Source: an uncultured Chloroflexia bacterium
GTDB taxonomy: Bacteria; Chloroflexota; Limnocylindria; Limnocylindrales; CSP1-4
Assembly: GCA_963745405.1 (NCBI GenBank)
Contig: CAVUWY010000003.1
Coordinates: forward strand, 132,839-196,838
Direction of reading: 5' to 3'
Length of the DNA stretch: 64,000 bases
Positions 48,013-57,415 of the stretch are shown here, one piece after another; position 1 is the first letter of the stretch; each line of letters begins with the position of its first letter. The translations under genes and the position numbers were made by a program. Below the pieces are notes generated by a model. The model was given only the letters and a program-made list of their open reading frames with translations. It was not told where the DNA came from and did not search any database.

Positions 48013-49887
48013 ATGGAACGTACCGATCGGCCATCGGATCCGGGCTCGACGAGCGCGGATCGACGACGATCGACCGGCCGGCGACGGACGGACCGGCGGT
48101 CGCGCCTGATCGGCGAGAATCGCGAGAACACCGTCCGGGCGATCGTCCTCGCGCTGGCCGCCGCGACGATCGCGTTCGTCATCAAGCTCGCCCTGAACAC
48201 GGTCACGGCCCAGGACGTCGGCTACAGCATCCTCATCCTCGCCGTCGCGACGACGGCCCTGGCGGCCGGTTTCTGGTCGGGGATCCTCACCGCGGTCCTC
48301 GGGTCGGTCGCTGACATCCTCTATTTCCGGAGCACCGGCGGATCGTTCTTCGCCGGCGCACCCGGCGCCTTCATCCGCTTCCTGATCTTCGTGCCCACCG
48401 CCGTCGTCATCGCGTGGCTTGTCGCCGCCACGCGCCTCGAGCGCGAGCGGGCACGGGCGAGCGCCGAACGATTCCGCCGGCTCATCGACGATTCGCCCGA
48501 CTTCATCATCGTCGTCGACGAGGCGGACGGGCGGATCGAGCTCGCCAACGTCGCCGCCGCTGCATTCGGATGGCAGGCCGGTGAGCTCGTCGGAACCGTC
48601 GCCGACTCGGTCATCCCCAACATCGCGGAGGTCGGCGCGGCACTGGATGAGCCGGGTACCCGTCGGGCGATGAACGTGATGGGAGCGGACGGCACGGCTC
48701 GGCCGGTCGAAGCGCTCGCCCGGCATATCGATCTCGGCCGGTCCGGCCGACGACTGCTCGTTTCAGCGCGCGACGTGAGCGAACGGGTCGATGCGGCGGC
48801 TCGGCTCATGCGCCTCGCCAGGGTCGAACGTGCGCGGGCGGCCGAACTGCGCGCCGTGATCGACGCGATCGACGATGGGGTGGCCGTGTTCGGGCCCGAC
48901 GGCGAGGTGGTGCTCCTCAATGACGGGATGGTGCGCCTCGTCGGCCCCAGCGTGACGTCCGCATCCGAGCTCACCACGCGTCTCGGTCTGTCCGAGGTGG
49001 CCGGCATCGAGCCGGGCGCCGCGACGGACGTCCGCCTGTCGGAGTCCGAGCGCTGGCTCGAAGTAAGGCGGTTCACCGTCCGTCCCGAGGATGAACCCGA
49101 CGCCGGGGCGTCGAATCTCGTGATCGTGCGCGACACCACGTCGGAGCGGGCAGCACGGGAGGCCCGAGACACGTTCCTCGGGATCCTTTCCCATGAGCTC
49201 CGTACGCCGGTGACGTCGATCCTCGGCATCGCCCACATCCTCGCCCGACCCGAGCCCACCCTCTCCGAGGACGACCGGCGCGATCTGTCCCTCGACGTCT
49301 CGGAGGAGGCCGAACGGCTCCATCACCTCATCGAGGACCTCCTCGTCCTGAGCCGGGCCGAGGGAGGCAGGCTGGAATTCGAGGCGGAACCGATCCTCAT
49401 CCAGCACGCGATCCGGTCGGTGGCAGCGGCGGAGGCCCGCCGATGGCCCCATGTCCGCTTCACGCCCGTCATCCCGGCATCGCTGCCGCCCATCGCCGGA
49501 GACCGGACCTACGTGGAGCAGGTGCTCCGGAATCTGATCGGCAACGCCGGCAAGTACAGCGACGAGCGCGGCGCCGAGGTCCGGATCGAGGCGAACCTCG
49601 TCGACGACGAGATCGTGGTCCGGGTGCTCGACCGGGGGCCGGGCTTCAGCGAGGCGGATGCCGGTCGTCTCTTTGACATCTTCTTCCGATCGAGCAGCAC
49701 GTCTCGCGTACGCTCCGGAGCCGGGATCGGCCTGTTCGTGACGAAGAGCCTCGTCGAGATGATGGGCGGCCGGGCATGGGCGGCCCTCCGCGAAGGCGGT
49801 GGGTCGGAGTTCGGCTTCGCCCTCCCAGTGCTGACTGATGACGAGCCCGTGTCCGAGACCAGCGCGGCCGCGTCCGCGCCACGCTAG
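48013..49887 (+). CDS. Sensor histidine kinase (DUF4118-like membrane N-terminus, PAS region, HisKA + HATPase_c); no adjacent regulator
   Basis: H-box 'SHELRTPVTSILG', N-box 'NLIGNAGKY', G1 'DRGPGF' and G2 'GAGIGLFV'. Confidence 0.9.
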   Translation: MERTDRPSDPGSTSADRRRSTGRRRTDRRSRLIGENRENTVRAIVLALAAATIAFVIKLALNTVTAQDVGYSILILAVATTALAAGFWSGILTAVLGSVADILYFRSTGGSFFAGAPGAFIRFLIFVPTAVVIAWLVAATRLERERARASAERFRRLIDDSPDFIIVVDEADGRIELANVAAAAFGWQAGELVGTVADSVIPNIAEVGAALDEPGTRRAMNVMGADGTARPVEALARHIDLGRSGRRLLVSARDVSERVDAAARLMRLARVERARAAELRAVIDAIDDGVAVFGPDGEVVLLNDGMVRLVGPSVTSASELTTRLGLSEVAGIEPGAATDVRLSESERWLEVRRFTVRPEDEPDAGASNLVIVRDTTSERAAREARDTFLGILSHELRTPVTSILGIAHILARPEPTLSEDDRRDLSLDVSEEAERLHHLIEDLLVLSRAEGGRLEFEAEPILIQHAIRSVAAAEARRWPHVRFTPVIPASLPPIAGDRTYVEQVLRNLIGNAGKYSDERGAEVRIEANLVDDEIVVRVLDRGPGFSEADAGRLFDIFFRSSSTSRVRSGAGIGLFVTKSLVEMMGGRAWAALREGGGSEFGFALPVLTDDEPVSETSAAASAPR

Positions 49888-49911
49888 TATCCGGATGAAG
49901 GCGGAGGACGA

Positions 49912-50772
49912 GTGCGGATCTCACCCAAGATGCTCCAGGGCGTTCGTCGTGGAGAGATGCTCGTCAGGTACGCACTCCTGGGCCCGGTGGCGTTCGTCCA
50001 CGCCGACCTCCCCAAGGCCGGCACGGCGGGGACCGGCCTCGACGAGCCGTGCGCGATGCAGCACCATGGGATCGTCATCCGCGGCTCCCTGATCGCCGAT
50101 TTCGAGGACGGCGGGCGGGAGGCGTTCGATGCGGGCACGGCGTTCTACGTGCCGGCCGGGCCGAGTCACAGCTTCAGCACCGAGGGCGCCACGATCGTGG
50201 CCGGCTTCGCGCCGCTCACAGGGGCCGAGGAGATCGATCCCACGAGCCTCGCCGCCAGCGGGTTCGAGGTGCTCGACCGGACGTCACCGGCGACCGTGCC
50301 GCCCGCGACCATCAAGATCCACGGGCGGGTCGCGCCATATCGGCGCAAGGGCGCGGTCGAGACCGAAGGCGCGATCATGGGCAGCTGGCTGCTTACCCGC
50401 GCGACGTTCGGACCAAGCAGTCCCTACACATCGACCTGGTGCGAGCTGCCTCACTGGGGCGTCGTCCTCGACGGTGACATGGCGATCACCTACCGGGACG
50501 ACGTCGAGCTCGTCTCGCGCGGCGATGCCTACTACGCACCGGCCGGCCATCGGTTCGAGACCGCCGACGGTGCGACCTTCATCGACTACACGCCGCTCGA
50601 CGAGCTGGATGGGCGCCACCCGATCCCGGTCTACCGGCGGACGCTCGTCGATCGCCTCATCGCGGCGGAAGCCCGCTCAGCGGCTCGGATCGATCCCGAA
50701 GTTCCCGCCGAACGACAGCCGGAGCCGCTGCTCGTGAAGCGACTGTTCCGAACGCCGCTGCCCGCGGTTTGA
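49912..50772 (+). CDS. Bicupin-like protein
   Basis: Two cupin-type halves are present: 'HHGIVIRGSLIADFEDG...AFYVPAGPSHSF' and 'HWGVVLDGDMAITYRDD...AYYAPAGHRFE'. Confidence 0.6.
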   Translation: MRISPKMLQGVRRGEMLVRYALLGPVAFVHADLPKAGTAGTGLDEPCAMQHHGIVIRGSLIADFEDGGREAFDAGTAFYVPAGPSHSFSTEGATIVAGFAPLTGAEEIDPTSLAASGFEVLDRTSPATVPPATIKIHGRVAPYRRKGAVETEGAIMGSWLLTRATFGPSSPYTSTWCELPHWGVVLDGDMAITYRDDVELVSRGDAYYAPAGHRFETADGATFIDYTPLDELDGRHPIPVYRRTLVDRLIAAEARSAARIDPEVPAERQPEPLLVKRLFRTPLPAV

Positions 50773-50827
50773 GTCGTCGAATCGACCGCGTGACCGGTCG
50801 TCCCCGGTCGCGGGCAGCCCATCGGGA

Positions 50828-51097
50828 TCAGCGAGCCGGATGGGCGACGTTGTCGTCCTCGCTAACCTCGATGCCGTGGCGGCGGGCAGCCGCGACGATC
50901 TTCTTCCGAGCCCGCTCCTTTGCTGGCTTCGAGTCGAATTCGGTCTGATTCCAGCGCGCCATCGCGTTCCTGACGTGGGACTCGTCATTGATCGGCAGGT
51001 GCTCGCCGCCGTTCCGGTCGACGTATGCGAATTGGTTCTTGCGGAGGCGATCGCGCGCCTTCGTGTCAAGCTCGGCCACCTGGGTCCTCCAATCCAC
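50828..51097 (-). CDS. Small conserved hypothetical protein (DUF6582-like)
   Basis: 'FAYVDRNGGEHLPINDESHVRNAMARWNQTEF...AKERARKKIVAAARRHGIEV' resembles that family, recalled from memory. Confidence 0.5.
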   Translation of the reverse strand: MDWRTQVAELDTKARDRLRKNQFAYVDRNGGEHLPINDESHVRNAMARWNQTEFDSKPAKERARKKIVAAARRHGIEVSEDDNVAHPAR

Positions 51098-51118
51098 CGC
51101 TGCGTGGGGTGAAACGAA

Positions 51119-51143
51119 GGCCGGCCCGACGTTCGGGCCGGCC
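51119..51143 (-). terminator. GC-rich hairpin (11-bp stem) between two co-oriented small genes
   Basis: GGCCGGCCCGA-cgt-TCGGGCCGGCC. On the minus strand it is followed by CCTTCGTTTC. Confidence 0.4.
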
Positions 51144-51162
51144 GGTCCGGGGTGAGGCCCGG

Positions 51163-51369
51163 TCAGCGCGGGGTCGAGGCGGGCTTGCGGGTCTCGTCCT
51201 GCGACTCCTTCGCCGTCCGGCGCATGTCGTCCCCGGCGTTGCCGAGGTCCTGGCGGATGTCGTCGCCGAGGTTGCCGACGTCGTCGCCGGCGTCGTGGCC
51301 GTTCAACTCGCGACCTGCTTCGCGGACCTTGTTCTCGCCCTCGCGATAGATCTTCTTGGCGTCATCCAT
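51163..51369 (-). CDS. Small acidic protein with three GDD(V/I/M) repeats (stress-protein-like)
   Basis: 'GHDAGDDVGNLGDDIRQDLGNAGDDMRR'. The ATG is preceded by GGGAGGA. Confidence 0.4.
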   Translation of the reverse strand: MDDAKKIYREGENKVREAGRELNGHDAGDDVGNLGDDIRQDLGNAGDDMRRTAKESQDETRKPASTPR

Positions 51370-51640
51370 GGCTGGATCCTCCCGTTTCACGGTGGGACGC
51401 CGCGGTTGCGGCGGTCGAGCCCCACGCTAGCGGCGGATCGGTATCGGACCCGCCCCCGCAGCCGTCGGACGAGTTGCACGCGCCTCACAGGGAAGCGGGC
51501 GACGAACGGCGACGTCAGCCAGCCGGCAACGGCGGCTCGCGCGCGGCTCACCCGGCCGACGCCCGTCGCGAGTGTGGGGACAGCCACTCAAGTAGACTGG
51601 CGGACGAGGGCCACGTCGGAACCGACAACCGAGGGGACCA

Positions 51641-52201
51641 ATGCTGCCGCTGATCATCCTCATCGTCATCGTCGTCCTGATCGTCGTGTTCGTGATCGGG
51701 CTCTACAACGGCCTCGTCCAGAAGCGCAATCGGGTCGACGAAGCGTTCTCCCAGATCGACGTCCAGCTGAAGCGCCGCCACGACCTGATCCCGAATCTCG
51801 TGAACGCGGTCAAGGGCTACATGGACTTCGAGCAGGATGTCCTGACCAAGGTGACCGAGGCGCGAGCGAACGCCATCGCCGCCGGGTCGCAGGGCACCGC
51901 CGCCCAGGCCCAGGCCGAGAACGTCCTGACCGGCACGCTGCGCTCGCTGTTCGCCGTCGTCGAGAACTACCCGCAGCTCAAGGCGAACGAGAACGTCCTG
52001 AGCCTCCAGGAGCAGCTGACGACGACCGAGAATCAGATCAGCTTCTCCCGCCAGCACTTCAACGCCAGCGTCCTCGACTTCAACAACAGCATCCAGACCT
52101 TCCCGGCGAACCTCATCTCCGGGATGTTCGGCTTCAGCAAGCGCGAGTTCTTCGAGGCCGAGCCCGAGGCCCAGGCGGTCCCTGTCGTCGCCCTTCGCTA
52201 G
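51641..52201 (+). CDS. lemA: LemA family protein
   Basis: An N-terminal TM is followed by 'YNGLVQKRNRVDEAFSQIDVQLKRRHDLIPNLV...ENYPQLKANENV'. Confidence 0.9.
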   Translation: MLPLIILIVIVVLIVVFVIGLYNGLVQKRNRVDEAFSQIDVQLKRRHDLIPNLVNAVKGYMDFEQDVLTKVTEARANAIAAGSQGTAAQAQAENVLTGTLRSLFAVVENYPQLKANENVLSLQEQLTTTENQISFSRQHFNASVLDFNNSIQTFPANLISGMFGFSKREFFEAEPEAQAVPVVALR

Positions 52202-52258
52202 CCCGGTCGACCGCGCCGCGGCACGGTCGGTCCATAACCGGTCAGCCGGGCCACCCAC

Positions 52259-53242
52259 ATGGCGACAGAGACCTTTTACAACCAGATCTCGGCGAACAAG
52301 CGCCAGTCGATCCTGCTCGCCGTCATCCTCGGCGTCATCCTCGGGGTGCTCGGCTTCTCGATCGGTTACGCCTTCGGCGGCAGTGCCGCGGCCGGCGTCG
52401 TTGCCACCCTCATCGCGGTCGGTCTCGCCGGGCTCATCTCGCTCGGCTCGCTGTTCGCCGGCGACCAGCTCGTCCTCGCCACGTCGCAGGCCCGCCAGGT
52501 CGATACGGAGAGCCAACCGCAGCTGATGAACGTCGTCCAGGAGATGGCGATCGCGGCGGGCATCCCGATGCCGAAGGTCTACGTCATCGACGACACCGCC
52601 CCGAACGCCTTCGCCACGGGACGGGATCCCCAGCACGCGTCGGTGGCGGTCACGTCCGGCCTCCTCGAGAAGATGGATCGCGAGGAGCTCCAGGGCGTCC
52701 TCGGCCACGAGCTGTCGCACGTCCGCAACTACGACATCCGGTTCACCCTCCTCGTCGGAGTCCTCGTCGGGAGCGTCGCCCTCCTGTCGGACTTCTTCCT
52801 CCGCTACACGTTCTGGTTCGGCGGCGGCCGGCGCTCGAACCGGGACAGCGGGGGCGGGGGAGGGGGCATCCAGCTGATCTTCACCCTCGTCGCGCTCCTC
52901 CTGGCGGTCCTGGCCCCGATCGCGTCGCAGCTCGTCCAGCTCGCCGTCAGCCGGCAGCGCGAGTACCTCGCCGACGCGTCGTCGGTCGAGCTGACCCGCA
53001 ACCCGAACGGCCTGGAGCGGGCCCTGGCCACGATCGCGACCGACAAGGAGGTCCTCGAGGTCGCCTCGAGGGCGACCCAGCACCTCTACTTCACGAACCC
53101 GATCAAGAAGTTCGAGGCTCGATCCGCCGGCCTCATGTCGACCCATCCGCCGATCGTCGACCGCATCAACCGCCTCCGCCAGCTGACCGGTGAGGCGCCC
53201 CTCGACCCGGCTGAGACCGCCACGCTGTCCGGCCTCGACTGA
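52259..53242 (+). CDS. htpX: M48-family zinc metalloprotease (HtpX-like)
   Basis: The zinc site is 'HELSHVRNYD'. 'EYLADA' and 'STHPPIVDRINRL' are present, with four TM segments. Confidence 0.9.
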   Translation: MATETFYNQISANKRQSILLAVILGVILGVLGFSIGYAFGGSAAAGVVATLIAVGLAGLISLGSLFAGDQLVLATSQARQVDTESQPQLMNVVQEMAIAAGIPMPKVYVIDDTAPNAFATGRDPQHASVAVTSGLLEKMDREELQGVLGHELSHVRNYDIRFTLLVGVLVGSVALLSDFFLRYTFWFGGGRRSNRDSGGGGGGIQLIFTLVALLLAVLAPIASQLVQLAVSRQREYLADASSVELTRNPNGLERALATIATDKEVLEVASRATQHLYFTNPIKKFEARSAGLMSTHPPIVDRINRLRQLTGEAPLDPAETATLSGLD

Positions 53243-53568
53243 CCGCGGCGCTGCTCGGTCCTGTGGCGCGACTCGGTCCGGCGCCAGGGCAAGCGCGGCC
53301 CCGGCTCGCGTCCAGCGCCGCCGCGGCTCGGTCCGTTGCCAGGGCTTGCGTACAGCGCCGAGACCGGCGCCGCCGCGGCTCGGACCTCGCGGCCGCCGGC
53401 GACCCCGCTCGGCCGCTGCCATGTGTGCCGCATATGATCGTTGAGTGGCGTACGCCGCCGATGTCGGGGCCGCACTGCCTCGCTCTGCGCCCATCCGAGC
53501 GTGGATGGGGCTCTCGAGCGGTGTTCGGGAGCGCCACGGGGCGTCGCCGGGACTCGAGCGTCGCCGAA

Positions 53569-53652
53569 TGATCGCCGGTGGAGCATATGGCAGCCGGCCG
53601 CGCGATCGCGACGGATAGTGATCGCCCGTGGAACAGATGGCAGCCGCCCGCG
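53569..53652. repeat. Two ~34-nt direct repeats 50 bp apart in the long non-coding stretch upstream of the tRNA cluster
   Basis: tgatcgccggtggagcatatggcagccggccgcg (53569-53602) and tgatcgcccgtggaacagatggcagccgcccgcg (53619-53652). A weaker third copy lies near 53435. Confidence 0.6.
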
Positions 53653-53829
53653 GCCTCGCGCCGGCGCCCCGGCTCGCCGGGCCCTCCGGGCCCTCCCGCG
53701 ACGGTCAGCGACCCGTCCGCGACGCGTGAGCGGCCGCTCACGCCGCCCATCGAGCTTCGTTGAAGGGCTCGGAAGGCCCGTGGTATCCTCCGCCACGCCG
53801 ACGGGCGACCAGCCTTGGTCGGTCATCGG

Positions 53830-53905
53830 GCCGAGATAGCTCAGTTGGTAGAGCACGCGACTGAAAATCGCGGTGTCGCCAGTTCGATCCTGGCTCTCGG
53901 CACCA
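53830..53905 (+). tRNA. tRNA-Phe (anticodon GAA), CCA encoded
   Basis: The acceptor is GCCGAGA/TCTCGGC, the anticodon loop is CTGAAAA, and the T-arm is GCCAGTTCGATCCTGGC. Confidence 0.92.
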
Positions 53906-53940
53906 CCGACAGCCAGCTATTCGGTGGTCGTGGCATCCGG

Positions 53941-54016
53941 GCGGAAGTGGCTCAGTTGGTAGAGCATCACCTTGCCAAGGTGAGGGTCGCGGGTTCGAGT
54001 CCCGTCTTCCGCTCCA
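53941..54016 (+). tRNA. tRNA-Gly (anticodon GCC), CCA encoded
   Basis: The acceptor is GCGGAAG/CTTCCGC, the anticodon stem is TCACC/GGTGA, and the loop is TTGCCAA. Confidence 0.92.
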
Positions 54017-54051
54017 TTCTTCATCCGCATCGAGCCGCCCCCGACCGCCGC

Positions 54052-54125
54052 TGCCCCTTCGTCTAGTGGTAGGACAGCGGACTTTGAATCCGTGAAGCGA
54101 GGTTCGAATCCTCGAGGGGCAGCCA
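54052..54125 (+). tRNA. tRNA-Gln (anticodon TTG), CCA encoded
   Basis: The acceptor is TGCCCCT/AGGGGCA, the anticodon loop is CTTTGAA, and the T-arm is CGAGGTTCGAATCCTCG. Confidence 0.85.
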
Positions 54126-54179
54126 ACCATCGCGCGGAGCCGGGCTCCGCATCGCCGGTCCCCGCCGGCCCGCGTCCGA

Positions 54180-54256
54180 GGCGACGTACCCAAGTGGTCT
54201 AAGGGGGAGGTCTGCAAAACCTCTATTCAGCGGTTCGAATCCGCTCGTCGCCTCCA
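54180..54256 (+). tRNA. tRNA-Cys (anticodon GCA), CCA encoded
   Basis: The acceptor is GGCGACG/CGTCGCC, the anticodon stem is GAGGT/ACCTC, the loop is CTGCAAA, and the discriminator is U. Confidence 0.9.
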
Positions 54257-54259
54257 CTT

Positions 54260-54529
54260 TCACGCACGAATCCCCTCTCGAACGGGTTCGCCTGATCGAT
54301 GGCGGAGAAGCCGACGAGCGATGACGAGCGCCACAGCAGCTATCGCGATGTTGAGGAAGACCTTTGGCGCGACCGGCGGCCCGGCCCCGCGTCCACGCCG
54401 CATCGTCTCGACGTCGATGAAGACGCCCTTGCATACCGGACAGCGCCACGCGCCCGAACGTCGACCGATCGGCCCCATCTCGGTGCCATCCTTCGGGCAC
54501 GACCATACGACCTTGGTCTCGTCGGTCAT
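54260..54529 (-). CDS. Zinc-ribbon protein with a C-terminal TM anchor
   Basis: Two CxxC-type pairs, 'CPKDGTEM' and 'CPVCKGVF', are followed by the TM 'VFLNIAIAAVALVIARRLL'. Confidence 0.5.
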   Translation of the reverse strand: MTDETKVVWSCPKDGTEMGPIGRRSGAWRCPVCKGVFIDVETMRRGRGAGPPVAPKVFLNIAIAAVALVIARRLLRHRSGEPVREGIRA

Positions 54530-54741
54530 GGGTTGCCTTCCTTCGGGCTGCCGGTTCTCCTCAGCCCGGAGATTGTCGCACCGGCCTCAGCCGACCCGGT
54601 AGGCGACCGTCACCGGGACGCCCAGCACCTGGGGAGCCACAAAGGACTGACCCGGCACTGGGACCGGCGCGCTGACGCGGCTCGGTGAGGATCGTGGTCG
54701 GGCCGCCGTGCTGCGTCAGCCGGGCCTCGTCACTGACGCCG

Positions 54742-55629
54742 TCACTGTCGCCGTGACAAGCGGTACATGGCGCCTGCGACGGGGATCAGGGCGGCGGTGA
54801 CGATGATGGCGAGCAGCGCAGCCGCGGGTAGATCGCCGATCGGAGACCCCGACCCCGATCCGGAGTTCCGAGGTGGTGCCTGCCCGACCTGGGCGGGCGG
54901 CTGGGTCGGGGCGACCGACGCGAGCGCGATGGGGCCGAGTGGCGCGCTCGATGGGCTCGCCGAGGCGGTATCCGCGGATGGTGGCGAGGTTGCGGCGAGC
55001 ACTTGGATGTTCACGACGGGACTCGGGCTCGGACGCCCTGCCGGAGGCGTCGTCGAGCGCGGGGTGGAGCGAGGCGTGGGCAACGGTGCCGGCGGCACGG
55101 TCGGGGCCGGAGTCGGGCTAGCAGTCGGCGTCGGAGTCGGTCTCGGGGTCGGACTCGGGGTCGGACTCGGGCTCGGAGTGGGGGGGTTGGCGACGTTGAC
55201 CGAGGCCGACACGGGACATCCGGTGGTGCATAGCCCGTCCTTGAGGTAGACCCGTCCGATGATCGGGCCAGGGCCACCCGTGAAGAGCATCGTCACCTTG
55301 AGGGAGACCTGCCTCGTCAATGGCGCGACCGTCCACGATACGTCGATGCCGTTCGAGTCCGGGGTGCATGTCGCCGTGCAACTCGAGAACCTGACGTCCG
55401 AGTGGTCGAACAATATGGAGACGGTGTCGCCGACGATGGGACCGCTGCGGTGCTTGAGGGTGATCCGCCAGACGGCGAAGGTATTCGGCTGCTTGAGGAC
55501 GTCCGGAGAGGCCGTCACGGTCACGTCGATGGTCTGCGTCGCTGCCTCCACCTTCGGTGCGACCGCGCCGCTCAACGCGGCGGCGACGACTCCGACCCAG
55601 ACGAGCATCGCGACTCGGTGACTGCGCAC
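54742..55629 (-). CDS. Secreted/cell-surface protein (signal peptide, beta-rich domain, Pro/Thr/Ser linker, C-terminal TM anchor)
   Basis: The signal peptide is 'MLVWVGVVAAALSGAVA', the linker is 'PPTPSPSPTPSPTPRPTPTPTASPTP', and the anchor is 'AALLAIIVTAALIPVAGAMYRLSRRQ'. Confidence 0.55.
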   Translation of the reverse strand: MRSHRVAMLVWVGVVAAALSGAVAPKVEAATQTIDVTVTASPDVLKQPNTFAVWRITLKHRSGPIVGDTVSILFDHSDVRFSSCTATCTPDSNGIDVSWTVAPLTRQVSLKVTMLFTGGPGPIIGRVYLKDGLCTTGCPVSASVNVANPPTPSPSPTPSPTPRPTPTPTASPTPAPTVPPAPLPTPRSTPRSTTPPAGRPSPSPVVNIQVLAATSPPSADTASASPSSAPLGPIALASVAPTQPPAQVGQAPPRNSGSGSGSPIGDLPAAALLAIIVTAALIPVAGAMYRLSRRQ

Positions 55630-55661
55630 GAGACACTCCGCTCCCAGGGATAGAGGACGGG

Positions 55662-55892
55662 TCAGCCGCGCGTGGTCGCAACCTTGTCGAAAGGCTCACC
55701 GTCTCGCACCGGTTCCTCCCACCTCGAGAGCCGGTCGGCGATCTCGCGGACCTTTCCCTTCGCCGCGGCCGATGTGAGCATACCTTCACCCAGTTGATCG
55801 ATGACCCGCGCAAGTTCGGCCTCGATCTCGTCGACGTGGAACGGAGTTGGCGGAGCGAGTGGCGGAGCGGCTCCCATTCGGCGATCTCCCAT
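55662..55892 (-). CDS. Hypothetical small protein (start uncertain)
   Basis: It lies 32 nt upstream of, and is co-oriented with, the surface-protein gene. 'FHVDEIEAELARVIDQLGEGML...VREIADRLSRWEEP' looks coding. Confidence 0.25.
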   Translation of the reverse strand: MGDRRMGAAPPLAPPTPFHVDEIEAELARVIDQLGEGMLTSAAAKGKVREIADRLSRWEEPVRDGEPFDKVATTRG

Positions 55893-56256
55893 CAGATGAA
55901 GCAGGACCGCCTGGCATCTTCCGCCGCCATCACTTTCGACGACGATGTCGGCGGCCGAGGGAGCGTTGCGCTCAGCTTTCAGCGCAGGACACAACTAGAC
56001 ACCCGGGACGGCGAGGAGTCCCTTACGGGATCTCATCCAGGTGTCAGTACGACATGTCATTTCGCGACTCCCGCGCGGGGCGAGCTGACTCCGCGATTTC
56101 TTCGGACACCTGCGGTCTAAACGCGCGCGCGAGCCGTCGATGACGGCATCGGTCGAGTCTCGCGCACCGCGTCGTGGACCTGATCGGGCCGTAGGAGCGC
56201 ACATCCGCGGCGCGACCAGCCGTTGGCCGTCAGGAGCGGACGCGGGCGCGACGAAG

Positions 56257-56535
56257 TCATGGTGTCGGTCTGTCGCGAGGGCTAGCCAGACCCCCTCCCT
56301 GAACGAGTTGATGGAACTCCTCTGCGTGCTGCGTCAACTCGGCCTCGGTCGCCGTGTCCAGTTCGATGAACTCGTTGCGCGCGCCCTCCAGGCTGCGAAT
56401 CAGCTCATCGAGCTTCAGCTGGGTGGCCTTGGACGAGCGGTTCGCGGGCCGCGACCACCGAGCCCGGAGGCCGCCATGTCCCGCAAGCCCGACCCCGAGC
56501 GCATCTACCGGTCCCGCCGCGACGCGGTCCTCAGA
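56257..56535 (-). pseudogene. C-terminal remnant of a low-affinity iron permease family (PF04120-like) gene
   Basis: 'NRSSKATQLKLDELIRSLEGARNEFIELDTATEAELTQHAEEF' matches the family's hallmark 'QNRDxxAxQxKLDELIRAxxxAxNxxxxxExLtxxEL'. The frame is closed by a TAG upstream and has no start codon. Confidence 0.5.
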
Positions 56536-57019
56536 CGGCTACTCGGGACCGGGATGGACCGGGCCGAGGCCCGGGTTGCTGCCTGGGAGGCCAGAGCTGA
56601 CGCCGGGGGACAAACCCGGCACTCGGCCGCCTACTGGGACGGGGCCGCGGAACGGACGGAGACTCACGGCGCCGCGGCCCCGGCTCTGCGTCCCGATCAT
56701 GATCCCCGCGGGCCACGCCGGTCAGCGGAGCGGAAGCGACCGGGGTCGCACCGGGGCTTGACGCTCGCCCAGAGGATTCGCGTTCTGGCCGGCCCGTTCC
56801 CAGCGGGTTGGCCTCTCTGTGCGCGGCAGGTCCGCGCAGATCCGCGATCACCACCGCGGAGACGATGCCGTAGGCGATCAGGAGGCCGGTCAACACCAGG
56901 TCGTCGGGCCCGAACAGGCGCTCGGCGAGCAGGACGAGACCGACCCCGGACACGCCGACCCAGGCGACGATCGCGGCCGTCTCGAGCGGTCGACGCCGGG
57001 GCCGTTGCCAGCCGGACAT
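56531..57019 (-). CDS. Small two-TM membrane protein, paralog A (only the N-terminal ~65 aa are supported)
   Basis: The first ~60 aa align gaplessly at about 40% identity with ORF 57416..57814: 'RPRRRPLETAAIVAWVGV..LVLL..R....DD..L..L.A.G...A.V..D'. Confidence 0.35.
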   Translation of the reverse strand: MSGWQRPRRRPLETAAIVAWVGVSGVGLVLLAERLFGPDDLVLTGLLIAYGIVSAVVIADLRGPAAHREANPLGTGRPERESSGRASSPGATPVASAPLTGVARGDHDRDAEPGPRRRESPSVPRPRPSRRPSAGFVPRRQLWPPRQQPGPRPGPSRSRVAV

Positions 57020-57415
57020 TCACATCCTCGAGTGCGTGGCGAGGCCCCGGCCGGCCGTTCAGGTAAGGCGCGACCGGGGCCCCGGAGGAGGGATCCCGCC
57101 GGTGAGGATGCCGGCCGGATCCAAGGGGTCGGCTGCCGCCACCCCACCCCCGGTGGGTACTCAGCGGTGCCGCCGGGATCGACAATAGAAGATGAACGGC
57201 TCGCGACTGATTAAGGGTGTCGCGGTGGGCGTTGCAACGACATCTCGGCTCGATCATCGCGGAATCACGACGAGCGCGGACCGCCGGGCGAGCGCCGCGA
57301 CGTCAAAGGCACCGTCCATGAGGCCGGCCGTGCCTGACCCACCGGACGAGCGGCCGGCGCCTCGTCGACCCGGCGATCCCAACGAGCTCCGCAAGTCGGA
57401 GCTGAGTCATTCGCC

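Noticed and set aside
56476-57066. The plus-strand ORF beginning 'MSRKPDPERIYRSRRDAVLRRLL...', considered as a firm CDS feature.
   Set aside because: The first ~60 codons look coding. But the frame runs about 200 codons without a plausible end, overlaps paralog A and the permease remnant in antisense, and matches no family I could recognise. It is reported as an unresolved conflict in findings instead.
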